From a virus: 64,000 bases of DNA. A program made the translations under genes and the position numbers. Each line of letters begins with the position of its first letter. Within the stretch, counting starts at the first letter, position 1. The notes under the pieces are model-generated. The model saw only the letters and a list, made by a program, of their open reading frames with translations. It did no database searches and had not been told where the DNA came from. Location of the stretch: positions 18,647-82,646 of the IMG/VR virus record IMGVR_UViG_3300013306_000002. The stretch is one strand, 5' to 3'. Shown here in pieces: positions 38,193 to 47,507 of this stretch.

Positions 38193-38974
38193 GACTCGTC
38201 CTGGTCGGCTACATCGATTCGCAGGGGCGCCGGTCCTCCGTTGTTAAGCGAGAAGACCAACGCGTCAAACATCCCGTCGACTGTGGCGCGGATGATTTTC
38301 CGCACCGATGCCCCTGGGGCCACCACCGCTGGCGCCAGGATCGTCGTCTCCTGGTGGAAAGGGTTCACGCTGCTATCATCCGTAATGGCGTAGTTGACGG
38401 CGCTGATCCCGAACGTGTTGGGCGACACGTTATTACGGTTCGTGAAGTTCACGAACGCGTAGCGCCTTCCGTAATAGGGAACGACGATGTAGAGCACGTG
38501 GCCACCGGGCACCACGTAGTTTTGGAACACAAACTCCTTGTTGATTCTGGGCGGGACCACGGAGGCGAGCGGCGTAAAATACTGGACCACATCGAGCAGT
38601 GGAGGAACGAACTGGATCGTATCCCCTGCGACGGCGGCGCTGGGCCTGAAGTTTGGATCGTAGATGTCGTCCGACCAGAATAGGATCCTCCCGGGGCGAC
38701 CAGCGGGAACGTACTGGGCATCGTTGCGCGCGTTGACGAGACCCGTGAATGATCGGGTGGGCGAGATCGTCATAAACTGCATGAACGTCGGCACCTGATC
38801 ATCGAAGTACGCCATGTTGACGTTGGCGATGTCGCTATTGGGGCCCACGCAGAAGGCATGGCCACCCTGGTCAGACTCGTAGATGTCCCCAGGCGATGAG
38901 AGTGGCGTGTTCAGGCGAAAAAACCCGTAGTTGTTGACGGAGTAGGGTGTGGCTTGCGGTTGAGGAAAGGACAT
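38189..38974 (-). CDS. Beta-rich putative virion (vertex/penton-like) protein
   Basis: Aromatic/beta-rich composition; TGATG coupling. Confidence 0.55.
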   Translation of the reverse strand: MSFPQPQATPYSVNNYGFFRLNTPLSSPGDIYESDQGGHAFCVGPNSDIANVNMAYFDDQVPTFMQFMTISPTRSFTGLVNARNDAQYVPAGRPGRILFWSDDIYDPNFRPSAAVAGDTIQFVPPLLDVVQYFTPLASVVPPRINKEFVFQNYVVPGGHVLYIVVPYYGRRYAFVNFTNRNNVSPNTFGISAVNYAITDDSSVNPFHQETTILAPAVVAPGASVRKIIRATVDGMFDALVFSLNNGGPAPLRIDVADQDES

Positions 38975-39447
38975 CAGCGACCCGACTTTCCACTGGAAAG
39001 CATGGTCGCCGGGGCGGCCGGGACAACCCCCGAGGCCGCGCCCGCGAGACCCGTGATGGTCTCGAGCCACGGGTACGCTTCCACCAGGACCGCCACCGGG
39101 TTCACGCTGGTTGCGGCGATGTAGAGTCGATGCCCCTTCGCCACGTTGAAGGCGGTCGGCACGCCAGTTTGCAGGAGCTGACCGCGCCCCGAGAGAACTG
39201 GCGTTAGGTTGGCGTGTTGCCCGACCGCCACCGGGCCGGCCGTCTTGAGTGTCAGCGTGACCTTGGCCCACATTCGGTCAGCGTTGTACAGGATGTGCGT
39301 GCCGCCAATCTTGGTCAGGTATGTGGACACCTCGTTGCGATTCTCGGCGTCGCCCGTTGTGGCGGCCGGGGCCCTGGCCTGTGCCACGCTGGGGTTCAGC
39401 GAGACTGGAGCGAGTTTGTTGGAGCGGGGCGGGGCTGGCACGTTCAC
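38974..39447 (-). CDS. Putative virion protein
   Basis: Small beta-sandwich-like sequence; coupled. Confidence 0.55.
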   Translation of the reverse strand: MNVPAPPRSNKLAPVSLNPSVAQARAPAATTGDAENRNEVSTYLTKIGGTHILYNADRMWAKVTLTLKTAGPVAVGQHANLTPVLSGRGQLLQTGVPTAFNVAKGHRLYIAATSVNPVAVLVEAYPWLETITGLAGAASGVVPAAPATMLSSGKSGR

Positions 39448-40175
39448 CTCTTCAAGAGGAGCAGGTACCCCAGAATGAGAGCACCGACGGTGATCATGAT
39501 GGTACCAGAAAGCGGCTCGGTGAAATAGGGGGCGGCGTCATCCGGGATGGTGTACGGGCCGACCGGCGGGTCCGGGATTAGGATTGGCGGTCCGCTCAAC
39601 CCGGAAGAGACCGCCTGGCCGATCGCCCACTGCCGGTCGATGTCGAGTACGCGCGCGGCGACTTTTGTGGCGCTCTGACTTCCGAGCGGGACCGCGCCGC
39701 TCGAGGCCGTCCACTTTGCGATGTCGTGATAGACGTCGCCCGTCGTTAATCCACCGAGCGCAGCCTGGGCGAACTGCGCGAGTTGATGGGAACCAGCACG
39801 TCCCACCGCGAATGCTAGGCGTGCCAGCTTCCAGGAATCGTCTGTTCCGAGAATCGCCTCAGGGAAGGTAAGCATCCAGAGAACGGCCTCGAGTTCGTAC
39901 TCGAGCACGCCGATGGCAATGTTGGATTCCGGATCCATGCGGGCACCCGCGTCGAGGCTGAACAGTGGCGGTACATATGCCGCTACCTGCATGAACCCAA
40001 CCTCTCCAAGCGTCGGGTCGCCGGGCGCCCCGAAGTTACCGCCGCTCTCGTGCAGGATGATCGAGGCAACCCAGCCGGCCGGCAGCCCACCGCGGTACCT
40101 GTCGATCCATACCCCGAGCTGGTCGTAGATCGCCTTCGCGCGTGCTACGTCCGCGTCGAAGTTCGGGTCGGCCAC
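39444..40175 (-). CDS. Lytic transglycosylase (SLT) with C-terminal membrane anchor
   Basis: IILHESGGN (catalytic E), GFMQV, DPESNI; C-terminal TM followed by KR. Confidence 0.8.
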   Translation of the reverse strand: MADPNFDADVARAKAIYDQLGVWIDRYRGGLPAGWVASIILHESGGNFGAPGDPTLGEVGFMQVAAYVPPLFSLDAGARMDPESNIAIGVLEYELEAVLWMLTFPEAILGTDDSWKLARLAFAVGRAGSHQLAQFAQAALGGLTTGDVYHDIAKWTASSGAVPLGSQSATKVAARVLDIDRQWAIGQAVSSGLSGPPILIPDPPVGPYTIPDDAAPYFTEPLSGTIMITVGALILGYLLLLKR

Positions 40176-40255
40176 GGAACGGGAGCGTAACGCGAGGCTG
40201 GCGCGACCGCAACCGCCGCTTCAAATGCCCCAGAAGCGGGGGCGCAAGAAGATGC

Positions 40256-40828
40256 TCACAGCGCCGCCATCAGGACATCCCTGGCCAAGTTGATGTTCGC
40301 CATCTTTTGGGTCGACCCCCCGTGATCCGGGTGATGCTTCTTGACCAGCACGCGGTGCCGCGCCTTGATCTTGTCGGCGTCCAGCAACTCGTGCATCTGG
40401 AACCCCATCACCTGCCGTGCCGCCGCCCGTGCCCTGTGGATCTCGGCCCCGGGGGGTGGTTGCTGCCGATGTCCGCCTGCGTGCGGGATATTCCAGTTCC
40501 ACGGGCGACGGGCGCCTGACTGGGCCCTCCGGTGAGATGCATCCTCCGAGACCCCGGAGATGTCCGGCCGGTAATCGCCCCCGATGCCAGCGACCCACTG
40601 GTTCAGAAACGCCTCCGCCGCGCCCAGGGTGGCCTCCCGGTTGATAGGGTTGCCCTGCAAGAAATCGCTCAGCGAGTCCAGCAGGACCCGCGCCGGCGGT
40701 CTTGGGCGGCTGGCCTCCGCCAGTGACACACGATGCGGCGGGCAGAGCGCTGGGTCGCCCGATCCGTCCATCGGACACCGGCGCGTGCCCTCCTTGTACG
40801 TGCAGCGCGGGACCCTGGCGCGTGGCAT
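40256..40828 (-). CDS. J-domain protein with N-terminal CCCH zinc finger
   Basis: ARQVMGF...KIKARHRVLVKKHHPDHGG....MANINLARDVL (HPD). Confidence 0.85.
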   Translation of the reverse strand: MPRARVPRCTYKEGTRRCPMDGSGDPALCPPHRVSLAEASRPRPPARVLLDSLSDFLQGNPINREATLGAAEAFLNQWVAGIGGDYRPDISGVSEDASHRRAQSGARRPWNWNIPHAGGHRQQPPPGAEIHRARAAARQVMGFQMHELLDADKIKARHRVLVKKHHPDHGGSTQKMANINLARDVLMAAL

Positions 40829-40835
40829 GCCCGGA

Positions 40836-41492
40836 TCACTCGGTCTCGGACGGATCGCCCAGCACAACCTCGGAGGTTGGTGTTGGTGTGGCCGTGCTGG
40901 CGGCGGCTGCGCGGGCGGCGATCTTCTCGGCAAGTCCGCGGTTCACCGGGATAGTGATCGGCGAACGCCGGTTATAGTCGTGCGGGACGGGCGGCTTGGG
41001 TCCGTACACCCCATCGAAGTCGATCGGGGGCACCACGGAGCGACCATCGTCGGCGACCACACATGTCATCGCTCCGTCGATGGGTACTGTGACCACGGAT
41101 CCGTCTGCGCCCTCCGTCGTGGTAGGCGGTGCGCCGTAATCGCGTACCATGCTCGTGTAGTTGGGCGGGAGATTGTCTCCCAAGGCATCCGCGAATATAT
41201 CGCCATCAAGGGTGCCGAACGGCCCTAGCGACTCGACGCCCATGGGCCATTGGGGGGCCACATCAGGGGTCTCCGCGTCGAAGTACGCGCGAGAATCGAA
41301 CGTCGGAGCATCGGTTGGCGCGGCGCCGGGTCGCGACCAGATGTGGCGAACGACAGCGACCACCGTCGTGGACAGCGCATACAGAATGGTCACCCACTTC
41401 GCGACATCTACGAACTGGTCAGGCGGGAGGAGCCCGAACGCACAGAGGGCCAGGATGCCAGCTGTGGTCAGGCCGAAGAACGCGTGTGGCAT
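40836..41492 (-). CDS. Holin-like 2-TM protein with long acidic/Pro tail
   Basis: LCAFG..PPDQFVDVAKW...Y, paralogous to the upstream gene. Confidence 0.5.
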   Translation of the reverse strand: MPHAFFGLTTAGILALCAFGLLPPDQFVDVAKWVTILYALSTTVVAVVRHIWSRPGAAPTDAPTFDSRAYFDAETPDVAPQWPMGVESLGPFGTLDGDIFADALGDNLPPNYTSMVRDYGAPPTTTEGADGSVVTVPIDGAMTCVVADDGRSVVPPIDFDGVYGPKPPVPHDYNRRSPITIPVNRGLAEKIAARAAAASTATPTPTSEVVLGDPSETE

Positions 41493-41498
41493 GCTCGG

Positions 41499-41837
41499 TC
41501 ACCCAGCCTTCGGCGGCGGAACGATGGCGACTGGCGGCGCGGGCGGCGACTCAGGTCTGGCCGGCGCCCGCTCGGTCGCCATCCTGGCCACGATGCCCGT
41601 GATCAGCGGCTCGATCTGCTGCCACACTGCCAGCGGCGCCTTCGGTTGCGCGGACGCAATCCCCACTACCCCGGTCACGGTCTTGGCGGCCGCATAGGTC
41701 ACGAAAATCCATTTCGTGTAGTCGAGCCACTGATCGACCGCGACAAATCCCAAGGCGCACAGCGTAGTGGCGGCAGCGATGAGCGCGACCGCGACAAGGC
41801 CGCGTTCGCTTTTCCAAAGATCCAGGATAGCTCCCAT
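41499..41837 (-). CDS. Holin-like 2-TM protein
   Basis: LWKSERGLVAVALI..LCALG..AVDQWLDYTKWIFVTY. Confidence 0.55.
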   Translation of the reverse strand: MGAILDLWKSERGLVAVALIAAATTLCALGFVAVDQWLDYTKWIFVTYAAAKTVTGVVGIASAQPKAPLAVWQQIEPLITGIVARMATERAPARPESPPAPPVAIVPPPKAG

Positions 41838-41965
41838 GGTGGGCATCCTGGCATGGAAGACGGTCCAACCTCAACATGAGGGAACCGCCGCTAAAGGTTG
41901 CGCGACCGGATCATGTCATCCAAGAACACCCGGTCGCGCTTCGCGCGGAGAATTCCGCGCCAAGG

Positions 41966-43396
41966 CTACTTGCGCTTGCCCTTCTTAGGGGGCTTGGCCG
42001 GAGTCGTGCCGGTCGCGTGGTGGATGTACTGGTGCCACTGCTTGGGTAGCGTCTCCATATCCATTCGGCCCGACGCCACCATGATGCCGAGGACCACGCC
42101 CTTCACCAAGTCGTGCGTCGGTGGCTTCTTGGCGGTCATGACCAGCAGATCCTCGATGATGACGGCCTGCATGGGTTTGGGTTTGGTCGGGGCAGCGGCC
42201 GGCGCAGGCTTATCAGGGCCCGAGGCAGCGGCCGGCGCAGACTTATCAGGGCCCGAGGCCAGTGGCAGATCGGCCTGGGGACCTGCGACCACCGGGCCCT
42301 TCTTACCCTTGCCCTGCTTCTTGGCGGCGCGCTTGGCCTCCTTGTCGGCCTTCCTCTGTGCCTTCGCCGCGTCCTTGTCGGCCTTGGCTTTGTCGCGCTT
42401 GACCTGCGCCTCCAGGCGGGCGACCTCCCTTCTTTCCTTGGCGCTCTGCCGCGCCCCGGACTTGTCGCCGGACGCCCGCGCCTCGGCCACGGCATCGGCC
42501 TGCTTCTCCTGCTCTGCACCCTTGGCGCTTACGGCCAGATCCCGGAACTGCTCCTCGCTGATCTCGCCTTTGCGCCAGCGCTCCAGCAACTTGGCACTCG
42601 CAGCCTTGCGAGCGGTCAGAATCTTGGAGACCCATGACTCGGATCGGCCAATCGTGGCCGCGATCGCCGCCATGGTGGTGATGTTTCCGGTATCGGGGTC
42701 GTTGGTCGCCCTCAACTCGGCCGCGCTCTCACTGAGTTCGAAGGCCGAGAGTCCCTCGCGCAACCCGACGACCCGCAGAACCTCCCGCAGATATAGTCGC
42801 GCCAAGTCCTGCGACCACTTGACGGGAACCGGCTCTCGGTCTCGCACCGGGATCAGGGCATCGTCTCCCAGTTCGGCCATGGTCGCCGCCTTGTGCCGCC
42901 GCTGTCCGTCCAGCACGAGCTCGTGGATCTCGCTCTTCGGGCCTTGAATGCGGACGACCAGCAGGGGGTCATTGATCCCCGCCAGGAGACCTTCCTCGGT
43001 GTTCTTCGAGTTCCGCTTGATGTCGTCGGCCAGGAGCCTGATCGAATCCGGATCCAGACCCGTGAAGGAGCGAGGATTTCGCCAGTGCTTGTAATCGAGC
43101 AGGAGATCGCCCAGCCGCGCCCATCGCGGCGTGCGTGCCTCGATCTCGTCGGCCGCCAACGCCTCAGCTTCGTTGTCGATCACCTCGGTCCCCTCGTCGG
43201 TTGGCCCCGCTCCGGGGCTGTCGTTCTCGATTTCGTTGTCATCCTCCCCATCCGCCTCGACGCCGGGGTCGGTCTCCTCCTCATGGGTAACCAGCCCCTC
43301 ATCCTCCTCGTCGTCGTCTTCATCCAGGGGACCCACCGTGCTGTCGTCGTACTCTTTGTCGCGGAGGTCCGGATCCAGAAACTCGAGGCTGCGCAT
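41966..43396 (-). CDS. ParB/Spo0J-like protein with acidic N-tail and basic C-tail
   Basis: NPRSF...IRLLADDI, GINDPLLV, LVLDGQRRHKA, LSAFE, TMAAIAATIGRSESWVS HTH. Confidence 0.8.
   Translation of the reverse strand: MRSLEFLDPDLRDKEYDDSTVGPLDEDDDEEDEGLVTHEEETDPGVEADGEDDNEIENDSPGAGPTDEGTEVIDNEAEALAADEIEARTPRWARLGDLLLDYKHWRNPRSFTGLDPDSIRLLADDIKRNSKNTEEGLLAGINDPLLVVRIQGPKSEIHELVLDGQRRHKAATMAELGDDALIPVRDREPVPVKWSQDLARLYLREVLRVVGLREGLSAFELSESAAELRATNDPDTGNITTMAAIAATIGRSESWVSKILTARKAASAKLLERWRKGEISEEQFRDLAVSAKGAEQEKQADAVAEARASGDKSGARQSAKERREVARLEAQVKRDKAKADKDAAKAQRKADKEAKRAAKKQGKGKKGPVVAGPQADLPLASGPDKSAPAAASGPDKPAPAAAPTKPKPMQAVIIEDLLVMTAKKPPTHDLVKGVVLGIMVASGRMDMETLPKQWHQYIHHATGTTPAKPPKKGKRK
42191..42259. 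repeat. 33-bp tandem duplication in the ParB-like gene
   Basis: GGCAGCGGCCGGCGCAG(G/A)CTTATCAGGGCCCGA x2. Confidence 0.85.
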
Positions 43397-43613
43397 GGTC
43401 AATCTCCTGTCGGTTGGAAGAAAAGGTGGCAGGGACAACGGCATGAGGGGACCGTCGTCCTTTGCGTCGGTGGTGGGGTGTGCACCACTTCGCGGGCTAC
43501 TGCCATTGCCGGCCCTTGGCGTCTACCACCTCGGGCCAAGAGTCATCACCCATCATCTCGTTGCTGAACATCATGCACATCGGGCTTTCCACTGGCAAGG
43601 GCTTCGCAGCGTC

Positions 43614-44931
43614 TTACGCGCTCTGCTGTGCGATGGCTTCCAGGGAGGCCACGATGAACTCCACAGCTACCTGCGGGACGATCGAGTTGCCGTAGCCCCG
43701 CAGAAGCCCCACTCGGCCGGGTAACCCTGCAACCAGCGGGAATGTTCCGGGTTCAACTGGCCGGGCGACGGGTGGTCCGCCGGATGGGTCTCGGCAGAGG
43801 ACCCAGTCGGCATCGGCCCAGAATCCGCCAGTTGCGCCTGCAGGGATAGCGAGGTCACAGACTCGCCGATGTGGGTACCCGTCGCCTTGGTCTTGCGCTT
43901 GCGCTCCAGGAACGCTGGGGTCGCCCAGGATGCCGCTCGTATCACTTCGCCCGCCGTTGTCGGCAGATCCTGGCCGGTCGCCACCCTTCGCTTGCCGCCC
44001 TTGGCGCCGTCCGCCGCGCGGGGCGTCGGCCAGGACGCCAGCGCCGCCGCTCCGTGCAGGGTCAGTTGCACCTTCGTCCCGCTCTTCCTGGTCATGCCCT
44101 CGGGTGGCCCGACCGTTCCGCGCGCGTGCGCGTCGGGAGTCGGCCAGTGGCTCAGTCTCGCCACTTCGTTCAGCGGCCGGGCGTTCTCGCCGTGCATGTT
44201 CGACGCGCTGGACTTCCAGTCCCTTGCCGCCGGGGTGGACCATGGCTGCCGTCCGGGCCGCGCCCAGTAGCATCGGATTGTTCGGCCCGTGGTGGAATGT
44301 CTCCCTGCTCGCCGTGCCATCGCTGGCCAGCGGGGTTGGCCACACGGCGGTCTTTGCCGCCCCCGCCAGCTTGAGCGTCGGCGTCTCGTGGTCCCCGTTC
44401 GCGTACGAGTAGTCCCCGCGGGACACGGTCGGTGTAGGCCACGAAGTACAGCCGCTGTCGCTGGTGCGGAGCGCCGACGCCCGCCGCGCACAGATCCGCC
44501 GCCCCGACGGTGTAACCGCATCGTTCCAGGTCAGCGAAAACAACGTCGAGCCACCCAAGGCCATCCTTGCTCGCAACCTGCTCTCCAAAGAGGATTGGAG
44601 GGCGACACTCCTGGATGAGTGCGAACCATGCTGGCCAAAGATGTCGAGCGTCGCGAACTCCTTCCCCCTTGCCCGCATCGCTGAACGGCTGGCAGGGGCA
44701 ACTGCCGGTCCAGATGTCGGCGTCATCAGGGATGCTCGCGAGGCGGAGGGCATACGACCAGCCGCCGATGCCCCCGAAGAAATGCCGCTGTCCAGGTCCA
44801 GCGACGTCTGCGGGTGTGAGATCGGCGATGGAGCGCCGGTCAACTCGTCCTGGGGCGATGTGGCCATGGGTGATGAGACTCTCCAGCCAGTCGGCTGCGA
44901 AGGGATCGTTCTCGTTGTAGAGGGCCGTCAC
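43614..44931 (-). pseudogene. C5-cytosine DNA methyltransferase (catalytic chain), frameshifted at ~44244
   Basis: NENDPFAA, HFFGGIGG, GSCPCQPFS, GEQV, HQRQRLYFV in one frame; LRGYGNSIVPQVA (motif X) in another frame. Confidence 0.85.
43667..44867 (-). pseudogene. Overlapping alternative-frame MTase subunit (WPTP target-recognition repeats plus motif IX), same frameshift
   Basis: Five W(P/S/A)TP repeats and LNPEHSRWLQGYPAEW, out of frame with the catalytic chain. Confidence 0.65.
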
Positions 44932-45212
44932 CGGGCCCAGGTGCGCTGACAGACATCGGGAACGGAATACGATCCATCCCAGGTCCGCTGCATCGTGGCT
45001 ACGGCCCCCAGGCAGGCATCCTGGTCCCGATCGTTCACCGTCCCGCCCATGCCGCACCACTGGTGATAGACGATCGGGCAACCCGGAGCGCCGGGCGCCG
45101 CCGCGTCGCACCAAGCGTCGGCCTGTTCCTGGCAGGCCTCCGCGCGGGGCATGTCAGGGATGGAGATGGTGCAGGCGGTGAGCGCCAGCGTGCAGAGGAT
45201 GGCGACGCGCAT
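44928..45212 (-). CDS. Cys-rich lipoprotein
   Basis: MRVAILCTLALTAC lipobox; six further Cys. Confidence 0.65.
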   Translation of the reverse strand: MRVAILCTLALTACTISIPDMPRAEACQEQADAWCDAAAPGAPGCPIVYHQWCGMGGTVNDRDQDACLGAVATMQRTWDGSYSVPDVCQRTWAR

Positions 45213-45300
45213 CACAACCACCACCCGAGGGTAACGACCGAGACCAGCACGCCAGCCAGGACGCCGCTGGCGAAGGCCAGTGGGTATGCGAGAGCGCGCA

Positions 45301-45924
45301 TCACGCGGCACCTCCGAGCTCTGCCTCGGCCTCTTGTAGCGCCACATTGAGTTCTGCTGCGCGCTCGTTGGTCCCACCCTTGTCCGGGTGGGCAATCTGC
45401 ATGGCCTGACGGTGGCGGAGCTTGATGGTCTCCAGCGTTCGCGCCTTGTCTACGAGCCCCATCTCGTAGGCATCGGCGACATCCTTGCCAAGCAGCTCGC
45501 GCCACCCCTTCCAAGGGGCGGAGGCCGGTGGTAGCGCAGCGAACCCCGAGAACGCCCGCGTCACCATGTCCGCCGCGCCCCAGTTCTCGAGGCCACGCAG
45601 CGCCTCCACGGTCTTGCCGATGGCGCGGAGGTTTGCCGCAGCCGTAGACCAGCGGTCACAGGCGAACACCCGCTCGGCGCCGTTGATGACAACCCAGACG
45701 GCGATCCCGGGGTCCTCGGCCTTGCCACTGGAATACGGCACGCCCTTGCTGGTGGTGGGGAGGTCGGACGTGATGACCACGTTGTCGGCCTTCATGAGCC
45801 GGAGTTCGTAGAGTAGGTCCTGGATGCCCTCGGTCAGGGTGACGCGGAACAGGGCGCGCTCGCGCTTGGAGGAGTCGGTGCGGGCCCAGCCGGCGGGCCA
45901 CTGCAGGGGAAAGGGCTGGCGCAT
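45301..45924 (-). CDS. Phage DnaJ-domain protein
   Basis: PLQWPAGWART, VVITSDLP, DPGIAV, ACDRW, C-terminal HPDKGG...ELNVA. Confidence 0.88.
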   Translation of the reverse strand: MRQPFPLQWPAGWARTDSSKRERALFRVTLTEGIQDLLYELRLMKADNVVITSDLPTTSKGVPYSSGKAEDPGIAVWVVINGAERVFACDRWSTAAANLRAIGKTVEALRGLENWGAADMVTRAFSGFAALPPASAPWKGWRELLGKDVADAYEMGLVDKARTLETIKLRHRQAMQIAHPDKGGTNERAAELNVALQEAEAELGGAA

Positions 45925-46178
45925 CACCGCAGCTCCGGGAAGCAACGCGGGTGAAGGATCTCTTCCGATCCATCCTCCATCCGCACCCTCACCGCCTGGG
46001 CGGCGAGGTGGCCCAGGTAGGTGACCTTGACACCGGCATGCACCATGAGCCCCCGCTCGCTGATGCAGGGCCGGTCGCTGGTCATGGACAGATCGAGCGG
46101 CGCCGCGAAGTTGCGCCGGTTCATTCCTGGCCGCGGATGGTCTACTGACCTACCGGGCACGATCTTCTGCTTTGTCAC
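45924..46178 (-). CDS. Small hypothetical (SH3-like) protein
   Basis: AAGGAG RBS, GTG start, TGATG coupling. Confidence 0.5.
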   Translation of the reverse strand: MTKQKIVPGRSVDHPRPGMNRRNFAAPLDLSMTSDRPCISERGLMVHAGVKVTYLGHLAAQAVRVRMEDGSEEILHPRCFPELR

Positions 46179-46373
46179 GTCGATCTCCTTGGTTGAGGTG
46201 CCGCTGCCACGCGCTGGCTTGCGGATCGGGCTTGGGACGGTCGCTCTGCCACCGGGCCGGGCCGGTCCCCGGCCAATACTTGAACCCCATCCAGACCAGC
46301 ACTGTATCACCCAGATCACCCAGGATGCCAGCGAGCGGCCACAGGATGGCGCGCAGGAACGTCCAGTACCCGC

Positions 46374-46829
46374 TCATTGGTTGCCTCGTTTGTTGATCGC
46401 GAAACATATGCGACCGGCCGCCGCGCGGATCTCCGCGTCCGTGCCATCGCGGTACAGCACCGTGTCGCAATCAAGCACCATCCGAGACGCGACGTCCGGC
46501 GGCAGCAGAAGCGTTCGTTGGCGCTCTTCGCGAAGGATTGCTTCGGTAAGATCCGCCGGGCTGAGTATAGCGGCAGCAGATCCTGACGCTCGCCCGATCT
46601 GGCTTCCGATTCCAAGTCGTTGGCGTGCCGTGGTCTGATTCATCCCACCGATTCGGCTCCGCTCGATAGGGGTCAGGCGTCTATAGGTGGAGTAGGTCAC
46701 CAGGCCCATGTGAGCCTTCTCGAGTACGGCGACGGCCTCCCATGTGGCCCGGCCGAGCTCAGCCTGGGCGACTAGCTCGGTGACTTCGCTTGGTATGACC
46801 AACTCCCAGATCGTCGTGATCGTGCTCAT
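46374..46829 (-). CDS. Hypothetical protein
   Basis: ORF in the minus-strand operon. Confidence 0.5.
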   Translation of the reverse strand: MSTITTIWELVIPSEVTELVAQAELGRATWEAVAVLEKAHMGLVTYSTYRRLTPIERSRIGGMNQTTARQRLGIGSQIGRASGSAAAILSPADLTEAILREERQRTLLLPPDVASRMVLDCDTVLYRDGTDAEIRAAAGRICFAINKRGNQ

Positions 46830-46835
46830 GGGGTC

Positions 46836-47237
46836 TCACCGATCCCTGATGGGTCGCCACGCGGCGATCCGCTTATCCGGCGGCACATCCGGGTCAGACA
46901 GGTTGACGACCACATGCCAGTGGCAATCGCGGGCGAGCCATGTCGGGCCGATCACCCAGTCAACGCGGCCGGCGGGGTCAACGCACTCCGCGATCGAGTC
47001 CGCGATGATGTCGGTGTCGGCGCCCACCGTGAATCCGGCCAGCACGAAGTAGTGCGACTCGGCCGGATGCCGCAGCGTCGTGTCCAGATCCAGGGTCTGT
47101 TCACGTTCGATCTGGACCGGGATGCCGACCATGGTGTTGGACTGGACAGCGGTTGCCTCCAGGTCTGGATCGTCGACAACGACAGTATCGTCATCATCGT
47201 AAGACAGGACAGGGATCTCAACGGCTCGGGTACGCAT
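46836..47237 (-). CDS. Hypothetical acidic protein
   Basis: GAGG RBS, ATG. Confidence 0.5.
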   Translation of the reverse strand: MRTRAVEIPVLSYDDDDTVVVDDPDLEATAVQSNTMVGIPVQIEREQTLDLDTTLRHPAESHYFVLAGFTVGADTDIIADSIAECVDPAGRVDWVIGPTWLARDCHWHVVVNLSDPDVPPDKRIAAWRPIRDR

Positions 47238-47507
47238 AACGACCTCGGTGTGGAAGCGTAGAACGAACGTGACGGCGGAAAGGTGGAGCGAAGTGAGGCG
47301 GCGGCTACCCGTCCGACAAGATCGACGCCTCCACCTCCACGGGGGCGACATCGAACACGACGTCCTGACGGCAACCCCGTTGATTGGCTCGATTGGCTCG
47401 GTCAGCCCAGGACTGCGCTTCCCATCGGTCATCAAACAAGAGAGCTCGGCACTTCGGCCATGTCACCCGTCGCCCATCTGACCAGTTCTCGCGGATGGTC
47501 CAGCGTG

